Virus record (IMG/VR): IMGVR_UViG_3300020548_000004
Origin: a virus
Direction: 5' to 3' (one strand)
Length of the DNA stretch: 15,543 bases
Each line of letters begins with the position of its first letter. Position 1 is the stretch's first letter. The notes under the pieces are model-generated. The model worked only from the letters and a program-made list of their open reading frames with translations. It did no database searches and had not been told where the DNA came from. The translations under genes were made by a program, and so were the position numbers. Shown piece after piece: positions 7,536 to 13,601 of this stretch.

Positions 7536-7996
7536 ATCTTCTTAAACTCTAACTGGCCTGATTGAAAGGCGTCTTTAAGCCTTTCCCTGCCATCACTATG
7601 GAACTTAGTAAGCAGATAAGGCTCAGCTATTGTGCCTTCTAGCCATTCAACTTTTTCACCATTTGGATCAATAACATCATCGCCATTGATATAGTGAAAC
7701 TTATCTAGTATCGCATCGCGAGATGATTCCCGGACTGTCTCAACTATCTCGCTAGATATATTGTTTTTTACCCATTTAACGAATTCCCGCTCATTCTTGA
7801 CTACCCACTTAAATTTAGGCTTACTGGTAGTAACATAGGCAATCACATCATCACCATATTCAGCCTTTACTCTGTCTGCCCCTATTGCATCCATTTCGGC
7901 CTGTAGAGCTGCTCTCAGCCTATCCTTAGCCTTCTTAGCCTCATCAGCTATCAAACTCACCGCTGCTAGTTCCAGACTCAGTTCCTTGATTCCCAT
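7517..7996 (-). CDS. Hypothetical protein, coiled-coil N-terminus (possibly Gam/Gp157-like recombination accessory protein)
   Basis: 159-aa ORF with strong SD (AAGGGAG, 7 nt) before ATG 7996. The N-terminal helical region LSLELAAVSLIADEAKKAKDRLRAALQAEMDAIG and the position next to the annealing protein suggest the role. The functional guess is weak. Confidence 0.5.
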   Translation of the reverse strand: MGIKELSLELAAVSLIADEAKKAKDRLRAALQAEMDAIGADRVKAEYGDDVIAYVTTSKPKFKWVVKNEREFVKWVKNNISSEIVETVRESSRDAILDKFHYINGDDVIDPNGEKVEWLEGTIAEPYLLTKFHSDGRERLKDAFQSGQLEFKKIWELEG

Positions 7997-8138
7997 TTCT
8001 TTGCTCCCTTTTCTTTGCTCTGTTTAATCTAACTTCTAGTGAGTGGATATTGATCCCACAATCCTTGGCGATAAACTCCTTATCAAAACCCCATTCCATC
8101 AGCTGACGGATATATCTAATAGAGTGGGGCTTTGCCAT
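7944..8138 (-). CDS. Small helix-turn-helix DNA-binding protein
   Basis: 64 aa. IRYIRQLMEWGFDKEFIAKDCGINIHSLEVRLNRAKK looks like an HTH. The last ~17 codons overlap the next gene out of frame. Confidence 0.5.
   Translation of the reverse strand: MAKPHSIRYIRQLMEWGFDKEFIAKDCGINIHSLEVRLNRAKKREQRNGNQGTESGTSSGEFDS
7993..8020. repeat. Tandem 14-nt duplication (13/14 identical) spanning the start codon of the 7517..7996 gene
   Basis: Minus strand GAGCAAAGAAAAGG (8020..8007) is followed by GAGCAAAGAAATGG (8006..7993). The second copy supplies ATG 7996. Confidence 0.9.
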
Positions 8139-8463
8139 CTTCGTAGGGCCTTTCTAGCGTCTCGTTACCATTCCAGTATCGCACCATCTGCTTCTCAAAT
8201 CCAGCAGCCAAGCGACAAACTCGGCAGTTTCCTGCCTTCATCTTATAATTACCGCATTTATCGCATCGGGTTATATCGTCTTCTTTACTGGCTACGCGAT
8301 CTGCTGGATAGATAATGCGCTGAAGGAAGCATCGCTGACATTCAATCAACCATACTTCCTCAGGCGCTTCGGGAATATCGCTCGTCTCGTATCTATGCAA
8401 CTCAATATGCGGAGTAACTGCTAAGCAAGTTGAGCACTTAAACGGATGAGCATCAGCTCTCAT
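8116..8463 (-). CDS. Cysteine-rich double zinc-ribbon protein, function unknown
   Basis: Four CxxC pairs (CSTC, CQRC, CDKC, CRVC). I place the start at ATG 8463, which forms an ATGA overlap with the upstream stop, rather than at the ORF-track start 8505. Confidence 0.6.
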   Translation of the reverse strand: MRADAHPFKCSTCLAVTPHIELHRYETSDIPEAPEEVWLIECQRCFLQRIIYPADRVASKEDDITRCDKCGNYKMKAGNCRVCRLAAGFEKQMVRYWNGNETLERPYEDGKAPLY

Positions 8464-9047
8464 TTCTGAAAGACCCAATGCCCATCTGAACCAATACGCA
8501 TCCACTTAGCAGGATGACCAGATTTAGGTGTTGGACATACCCAGCCTCTATATTCTTTGCCTTCTTTAGTGCCAGTCTTTAGCACCATTGGTCCATCGCC
8601 ACCAGAGCAAAGCGGTATCTCATCAATTATTTCAGCACCTAATTGATTTGCTATCTCGCTTACATCCCAAACAATTGGCTCAGGATCATTAGGGCGTTGC
8701 TCTTTTATGAATTCCGCAAGAGCTGGCTTAGTCGTTTCAATTGCCTTCTTTGGGCTCGGTTTAGTCTTAGCGAAGTATCCAGCGAGGTTAAGTGCGCGTC
8801 CCAACGATCCAGTTTCCGCAAGCTCGAGTGCATATTGCTTGGATTTAGACTCACTGGATAAACCTGTAGTCCAAGGATGTAAGTCAGCTTCAGTGCGATA
8901 TAACTCAGTTTTAATGATATAGACATCACAATTAGCCACAAGCGACTCCGCCAAGATATGAGTCTTGATTCTATAATCTGGATAAGCATTTATAAACTCC
9001 TTTAATCGGTCTTGAACTGAAACATAATCATCAAGGTAATTCGACAT
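8460..9047 (-). CDS. Putative Rad52/Sak-like single-strand annealing protein with a C-terminal extension
   Basis: 195 aa with SD GGGAGAGAG before ATG 9047. VSVQDRLKEF...SKSKQYALELAETGSLGRALNLAGYFA resembles the Rad52-family signature (K..A..A.T.A.KRAL...G). The C-terminal ~50 aa (CSGGDGPMVLKTGTKEGKEYRGWVCP) look like a degenerate zinc-ribbon. Confidence 0.5.
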   Translation of the reverse strand: MSNYLDDYVSVQDRLKEFINAYPDYRIKTHILAESLVANCDVYIIKTELYRTEADLHPWTTGLSSESKSKQYALELAETGSLGRALNLAGYFAKTKPSPKKAIETTKPALAEFIKEQRPNDPEPIVWDVSEIANQLGAEIIDEIPLCSGGDGPMVLKTGTKEGKEYRGWVCPTPKSGHPAKWMRIGSDGHWVFQK

Positions 9048-9315
9048 TTAACTTCTCTCTCCCTGCGAAATTACTTATCGCATCGTCTAACTGTTCTTTT
9101 AATGAATAAAATGTGCCATCTGGCCAGTTCTGTGCTTCATCGGCGCAAGGCTGGCAATAAAACCTGACCTGTGCTTTGCGAAGCGGTGTCTCGCTTTGGA
9201 CTTTCCAAACTGCTGGAGTCATAGCTCTTAAATCCCAGCCATTCTTATTTGTTCCCCAGCGATATTTGCAATAGTCGCAGTATTGATTTTGATTATGATT
9301 GCGAGTCAGACTCAA
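9031..9315 (-). CDS. Small zinc-ribbon protein (CDYC...CQPC), function unknown
   Basis: Only the C-terminal ~94 codons of the 184-aa track ORF look coding. TTG at 9315 is preceded by GGGA 5 nt upstream and lies 23 nt before the stop of the 9293..9703 gene. The exact start is uncertain. Confidence 0.45.
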   Translation of the reverse strand: MSLTRNHNQNQYCDYCKYRWGTNKNGWDLRAMTPAVWKVQSETPLRKAQVRFYCQPCADEAQNWPDGTFYSLKEQLDDAISNFAGREKLNVELP

Positions 9316-9703
9316 TGTCGTCCCAATCTTCTGGAGTAGAAAATCTGCATCGACCCAAGATAGCGGCGTATCCAATGAGATCGAGATACGAATCCTCGCG
9401 CTCTGGACTTTCCACCATTCTTGAGAGTTTTGTTGCAATAGCAATAAGTGCCAATTCAGATGGGTCTCTGAGCTGAATACCGAGTGCTCTCGCGATTTTG
9501 TAAATGCGTAAAAAATTGTGCCTCGGGTCTCCATACTCAATCCCTCGGTCGAATAAGGTAGCACCAGCTTCTTCAAGCCATTCACTTAAGGACTTCTGTG
9601 AATCGGACACTTGACCTTCCTCTCTTATAACCTTCATTAAAGGCTTTGGCTTTAGCTGAGTTCCAAAGACTCCAGATATAAAGGCCGATAAATGGAACTC
9701 CAA
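9293..9703 (-). CDS. Hypothetical all-alpha protein (possibly MazG-like/nucleotide-pyrophosphohydrolase-related fold)
   Basis: 136 aa from TTG 9703 with AGGGA 6 nt upstream; an internal ATG at 9637 lacks an SD. The segment RGIEYGDPRHNFLRIYKIARALGIQL...IAIATKLSRM resembles small phage all-alpha NTP-PPase-like domains. Low functional confidence. Confidence 0.45.
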   Translation of the reverse strand: MEFHLSAFISGVFGTQLKPKPLMKVIREEGQVSDSQKSLSEWLEEAGATLFDRGIEYGDPRHNFLRIYKIARALGIQLRDPSELALIAIATKLSRMVESPEREDSYLDLIGYAAILGRCRFSTPEDWDDIESDSQS

Positions 9704-9735
9704 TAATTATCCCTATTACTGCTTCATCAGATAAA

Positions 9736-9936
9736 TTAGGCAACATCTGCATTTACCCCATATTTATCAAGCCAGTATGCAGAGATTTCAGCCTTAGATA
9801 AACGGCCTCGCAGCTGCTTCTTACCCATTCGCTCTTTAGCGAATCGTCTTATTATTGATCCCTTAACCCAATTTGTCTCATCAGTCCAAGCACCAGCTTG
9901 CGAGTCAAATCGAATTAGAGCTACTTTATTTATCAT
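9736..9936 (-). CDS. Hypothetical protein
   Basis: 66-aa ORF with SD AAGGGAG before ATG 9936. No motif recognised. Confidence 0.5.
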   Translation of the reverse strand: MINKVALIRFDSQAGAWTDETNWVKGSIIRRFAKERMGKKQLRGRLSKAEISAYWLDKYGVNADVA

Positions 9937-9999
9937 TTATGCTCCCTTCTAAACCCTCGAAATGGATTTAGTAGGTTAAATGTATTTGCTTAAATCTAT

Positions 10000-10329
10000 T
10001 TAGACAAGTAATAGCTCGGCGAGTCGAATATCTAAAAATCCGCATAGCCTCTCGCTGTGGGCTTTGTTGCTGAAATCGGTGGTAACTGGAAGGCTCTTCA
10101 AAACCCAGTCAGGCTCGATTAGAGCCCCTAAATCAAACTGGTATATACCTTTAGGTGTGGCATTGATATAAAGGGTCTTAGCGCCCGTTCTAGCCCTTAT
10201 ATCGGCCAGATAATCCCACTTCTTCTTCTCAATAAGTAAGCGGTCATAGTGCGTTCTACGGCATTTAAGCTCGACATAGGAATCGCTGGTAATCCCATCT
10301 GCTCGGTCGGTCGCTGATAGGGGCGTCAA
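10000..10329 (-). CDS. Putative PD-(D/E)xK-type nuclease
   Basis: 109 aa from TTG 10329. D..D....D.YVELK matches a D...ExK nuclease-like arrangement. The frame remains open and protein-like for 19 more codons upstream, up to an ATT at 10383 (see findings). Confidence 0.4.
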   Translation of the reverse strand: MTPLSATDRADGITSDSYVELKCRRTHYDRLLIEKKKWDYLADIRARTGAKTLYINATPKGIYQFDLGALIEPDWVLKSLPVTTDFSNKAHSERLCGFLDIRLAELLLV

Positions 10330-10382
10330 GTCTGGGTAAAGCGACTTGAGAGCCTCGAATAACTCGACCTCGCGGAAGTAAA

Positions 10383-10643
10383 TTAGTTATCTTCCTCGCC
10401 ATCTTCCCAACCAATTTTCTTTATTGGGTCATCGGCGGGCACTATCCAATCAGGATAAGAGCTACGATCCATAGCGAAAGCCAGCGAAGTGCCTTCATCC
10501 ATACCAGCTCTGCGACAAGCTTTATAAACTTCATTGGCAGCAATAGCCCAGAAATCAAGCTTTGTTAATGGGGTTTCTTTAATAGTCCTGCGTCTCTTAG
10601 GACGCTTGACTGGCTTCTTATTTACGCGCTTTCGCGTTGCCAT
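10383..10643 (-). CDS. Hypothetical protein with highly basic N-terminus and acidic C-terminus
   Basis: 86 aa with SD AGGGG 7 nt before ATG 10643. N-terminus ATRKRVNKKPVKRPKRRR, C-terminus WEDGEEDN. Confidence 0.55.
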   Translation of the reverse strand: MATRKRVNKKPVKRPKRRRTIKETPLTKLDFWAIAANEVYKACRRAGMDEGTSLAFAMDRSSYPDWIVPADDPIKKIGWEDGEEDN

Positions 10644-10809
10644 TTCTGACCCCTTTCGCTAGGGCCAATTCTAGCTGAGACTCCATTTTATCAAGGCGCG
10701 ACACAATAGGAATATTCTCTAATTTGATTATGTAGCGAAGGCCAGCAATTAGAAGGGCAATTGATCCTAAGACTGATGCAACTAAAGTAGCCAATTCAGC
10801 TGCAACCAT
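10618..10809 (-). CDS. Single-pass membrane protein of the lysis cassette (holin-like/lysis accessory)
   Basis: 63 aa with N-terminal TM LATLVASVLGSIALLIAGL, a helical middle and a basic tail. TAATG coupling to the upstream holin at 10809. Confidence 0.55.
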   Translation of the reverse strand: MVAAELATLVASVLGSIALLIAGLRYIIKLENIPIVSRLDKMESQLELALAKGVRNGNAKARK

Positions 10810-10991
10810 TACCGGACTTTGCCGTAACGCTCATAATTTGGATTGAGCCAGTTAATGATGCTAGGCAAGACTGACACTAGAGCGGCATTTGCAATTGCAT
10901 TGACATCTAGGCCGACTGCTAGATAAGTCGCTAGGGCTGTCGCTAGGAATGTCTTTGCCCAGCTTTCGGCCATCTTCTTTAGGTCGCTCAT
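10809..10991 (-). CDS. Holin, two transmembrane segments
   Basis: I favour ATG 10991 (MSDLKKMAESW...) because a perfect AAGGAG lies 6 nt upstream; the track start at 11024 has none. Two hydrophobic segments (TFLATALATYLAVGL, AIANAALVSVLPSII). Lies directly after the endolysin. Confidence 0.6.
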   Translation of the reverse strand: MSDLKKMAESWAKTFLATALATYLAVGLDVNAIANAALVSVLPSIINWLNPNYERYGKVR

Positions 10992-11400
10992 TAGATTCTC
11001 CTTCAAGGTTAAACCATTTGCCATCTGTGTCTCCCAAGCTAGTAAATGATATATGGAAGTGACTACGATGCGGATTAGGGCCTGAGTATTTACGCCGCTT
11101 CCACCCCAGTATTGGGCTCATAATCTTGCCATCATAGATAATATATTTGATGCGCTTATCCCCTTTTTTGGCGCACTTACGAATCTTCTCAACCAGCGCA
11201 TAAGCTTCTTCTTTATGTGCCGATAGATCAGAATCAATATCTATAGCTCTAACGATTCCATCTCTTGGTATATGGTCAGAAGTGCCTTTCGCAATGTGCC
11301 GAGCATCAGCAATCCAGCCGTCAGACTTCCTATCGCGATCAGGATAATCGTCATCGATTTGCTCCCGTAATTGGACACCAGCTGCGCATAATCTAGACAT
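10861..11400 (-). CDS. Endolysin, LAS/M15-like zinc peptidase domain
   Basis: 179 aa. RKSDGWIADARH...TSDHIPRDGIVRAIDID...YSGPNPHRSHFHISF fits the His/Asp...HxH metal-ligand pattern of cell-wall peptidase domains seen in actinophage lysins. It lies immediately upstream of the holin. The last ~45 codons overlap the holin gene in another frame. Confidence 0.6.
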   Translation of the reverse strand: MSRLCAAGVQLREQIDDDYPDRDRKSDGWIADARHIAKGTSDHIPRDGIVRAIDIDSDLSAHKEEAYALVEKIRKCAKKGDKRIKYIIYDGKIMSPILGWKRRKYSGPNPHRSHFHISFTSLGDTDGKWFNLEGESNERPKEDGRKLGKDIPSDSPSDLSSSRPRCQCNCKCRSSVSLA

Positions 11401-11428
11401 ATTAGTTATTTAGCACAATCCCTCAAGA

Positions 11429-11677
11429 TTATGCTAGAAGCAGTTTAGCCTCATCCTCAGTAATGCCTAAACGCTGCAAAAGTGCGGTTCTTGCCTTTTC
11501 GTTAGTTTCTTGAACTGCTGCTTGATTATATTTGTATAATTTAAATGCTTCTGCAAGTTCGCTTTTTGTGGGTTTTGATTCAGTATTTGTCCAATATGTA
11601 ATTTCATCACCTGTCACCACCCAGCCAGTTTTAAATCCTAACTCATTTAAGGCAATGCTGATTTCTTCGTTTGTCAT
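11429..11677 (-). CDS. Hypothetical protein between tail fibre and lysis genes
   Basis: 82-aa ORF, TAATG-coupled to the tail fibre gene at 11677. No confident motif. Confidence 0.5.
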   Translation of the reverse strand: MTNEEISIALNELGFKTGWVVTGDEITYWTNTESKPTKSELAEAFKLYKYNQAAVQETNEKARTALLQRLGITEDEAKLLLA

Positions 11678-12348
11678 TATGCACCTATCTCTAAAAGAAT
11701 TATTGATGAAACGGAATCTGTAAATTGCACAAATGCTTGCGATTCATTTTGATCTGCCGCAAATTGTGTTTTATAGGTTGTTGCTGAAGTTGTTGCTGGA
11801 CTATGCAAATGTGCATACGAAACAGCAAAGTTTTGCTTTACTTGTGTGTCGGTTGTGCCCGCTAAACGCATAAAAGTTTCAACAACAGTTGAGCCAACCA
11901 ATAATCTTAAATTACATCCTTGATATGTATTAGTTGAAGTTCTACCAACTCCATTTTGTGATATCAAAACTAAAACTTTGCTACTTGCTGAAGAAGGCGT
12001 TATTGTAGCCGTCAAAGTTGTGTCGGCATAAGTTGTTGTTGAGTTTGTTGTTGCTGTTGAAGTATATGCCGCAATAACCTGCAACACCTTGCCACCACCA
12101 GCAGGAGTTGCCCAGCTTGGAACTCCTGCTGCAACTGTTAGGACTTGCCCAGCTGACCCAATAGGCAAAGCAGTATTTACATTGGCAGTTGCTGATCTAT
12201 AAGCAAGTGCGCCAGTAGTTGTCTGTGGGTTTAAGTTCTTTGTCGTTGTATCGATTGAACTTCCCAATGTGCGAATTGCAGCTGCGCCATCCTTGACGAG
12301 ATCAGTATCGTCAGGAGTGTCCCAGCCGTAGTTAGTAGTCGTTGCCAT
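11677..12348 (-). CDS. Tail fibre / receptor-binding minor tail protein
   Basis: 223 aa. The N-terminus NYGWDTPDDTDLVKDGAAAIRTLGSSID and LPIGSAGQVLTVAAGVPSWATP match motifs recurrent in phage tail fibres. The C-terminal region is Thr/Ser-rich and beta-like. Confidence 0.65.
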   Translation of the reverse strand: MATTTNYGWDTPDDTDLVKDGAAAIRTLGSSIDTTTKNLNPQTTTGALAYRSATANVNTALPIGSAGQVLTVAAGVPSWATPAGGGKVLQVIAAYTSTATTNSTTTYADTTLTATITPSSASSKVLVLISQNGVGRTSTNTYQGCNLRLLVGSTVVETFMRLAGTTDTQVKQNFAVSYAHLHSPATTSATTYKTQFAADQNESQAFVQFTDSVSSIILLEIGA

Positions 12349-12356
12349 TTATTCTC

Positions 12357-13601
12357 CTATGCAACTATTGTAGCGTTAAGCCAGTCCAAAGTAGGGCTGA
12401 TTGTATTCCAAGTTTCAGTCGCTGGGACTGAGTTCCATCTGAACGCCTGAAGGCTGAAAGCGATAGGCGAGACATTTAGAGTCAAGTTAAGCTGATTCAG
12501 GCTGGCTGTCCAAGTCCAACCTTCTACGAAACCTTGAAATTCTCCACCGACCATATTGGCTGGCAAGTTAATGATATTAAGCGGTTGGCCCATAAATACG
12601 CCAAGAAGGTTATCTCGGTCTGAATTGTCGATTTCACCGCTGGCTATCGGGAAGGTTATCTGCCTTAAGGCAAATTGAGGGTAAGCGCGGATTAGTAGAT
12701 AGAAGGCTGCTTGATCCTCGGCATCGTTCTGATTTCGCAAAGTAGTTCTAATAGTCGTTGCCAATTGGCCATAAAGAGCTATTGAAGCTGCATCTTCATC
12801 GCTCACTTCGGCATTGCCTACGCCGTATCCAACTGTAATGGCATTTCGGACATCGCCAGCTCGCTTAACGATGGAAAGGGCTGGGCCGATGGCGTGATTG
12901 CCATCTAAATCGACATAGCCATTAGTTGAAAGATATTGGCTTCTGTGTGTTGAGTCAGCATACCCAATTCTGCCCTGAGCATCTTCATATAAATACCCAA
13001 GTCCGCTGGTCGCAAATCGAGAAGCTAGGTTATAAACTGTGTCATTTAAATTGCTTTCAGAGTGCAAGTCATAATCACCCGGAGTATCTATTTCACCTAA
13101 TCCGCTATTTTCAGCATCTTCCCATTGGACTGCTGCGTCGTAGTCATTCCAAGTTTCGGCTGCTGGCACTTCGTTCCATTGGTCAAATAAAACTGTGCTT
13201 AATAAAGTTTCAATTCTGTCGCCATCAAATTGATGAGCAAAGTTGCCTGTATAAACCGCTCTGGCTAAACGAGCCAATGCTCCTACTGCCACTATTTTAA
13301 TTTGTTGGCTGGTGGCCGTTGATCCTGAAGTTTGGACTGTAATGCCTAAATCGGTTATAAAGCCGCCAAAGAGATTGACATAATCGCCATTAGAGTCTTG
13401 GACTTCTATTGTTACTGCGTCATTTACTTCATATGGAACTGCAGCTTCAGCTGTCTCTATAAGACTTAAATTGCAGTAACCAGCAATCGGCTGCTGATAA
13501 ATGTCGGTGCGACCCGAGGTAATAGTTAAGCCGCTTAGGGTTGCGCTAGTAACTGGAACGCCATCAACCTTAACTCTATAGACTGGATTCCAGAGGGTCA
13601 T
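12357..13601 (-). CDS. Minor tail protein (distal tail protein-like)
   Basis: 414 aa with an ATGA overlap to the tape measure stop at 13598..13601. It occupies the first position after the tape measure, as Dit-type proteins do. Confidence 0.55.
   Translation of the reverse strand: MTLWNPVYRVKVDGVPVTSATLSGLTITSGRTDIYQQPIAGYCNLSLIETAEAAVPYEVNDAVTIEVQDSNGDYVNLFGGFITDLGITVQTSGSTATSQQIKIVAVGALARLARAVYTGNFAHQFDGDRIETLLSTVLFDQWNEVPAAETWNDYDAAVQWEDAENSGLGEIDTPGDYDLHSESNLNDTVYNLASRFATSGLGYLYEDAQGRIGYADSTHRSQYLSTNGYVDLDGNHAIGPALSIVKRAGDVRNAITVGYGVGNAEVSDEDAASIALYGQLATTIRTTLRNQNDAEDQAAFYLLIRAYPQFALRQITFPIASGEIDNSDRDNLLGVFMGQPLNIINLPANMVGGEFQGFVEGWTWTASLNQLNLTLNVSPIAFSLQAFRWNSVPATETWNTISPTLDWLNATIVA

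Noticed and set aside
8464-8505. Upstream extension of the zinc-ribbon ORF to the track start at 8505
   Set aside because: ATG 8463 forms a classic ATGA stop-start overlap with the preceding gene. The extension would overlap that gene by 46 nt.
498-8989. Nested same-strand short ORFs (498..695, 1373..1567, 2731..2922, 8705..8989)
   Set aside because: They are alternative frames inside the major tail, connector, capsid and annealing-protein genes. Their composition is low-complexity and they have no independent translation signals.
9316-9585. N-terminal 90 codons of the 184-aa track ORF
   Set aside because: It overlaps a better-looking gene in another frame. Its composition (HLLLLQQNSQEWWKVQSARIRISISL) is not protein-like, and there is no SD before GTG 9585.
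9937-9999. Possible promoter in the 63-nt gap upstream of the 66-aa gene (TTAAGC-17 nt-TAAATC)
   Set aside because: Only 3/6 matches in each hexamer, which is indistinguishable from AT-rich background without knowing the host sigma factor.
10890-10899. 10-bp perfect palindrome TGCAATTGCA within a CAATGC/AATTGC/AAATGC near-repeat in the holin gene
   Set aside because: Several palindromes of this length are expected by chance in 15 kb. Here it is explained by the Asn-Ala-Ile-Ala-Asn-Ala coding sequence.
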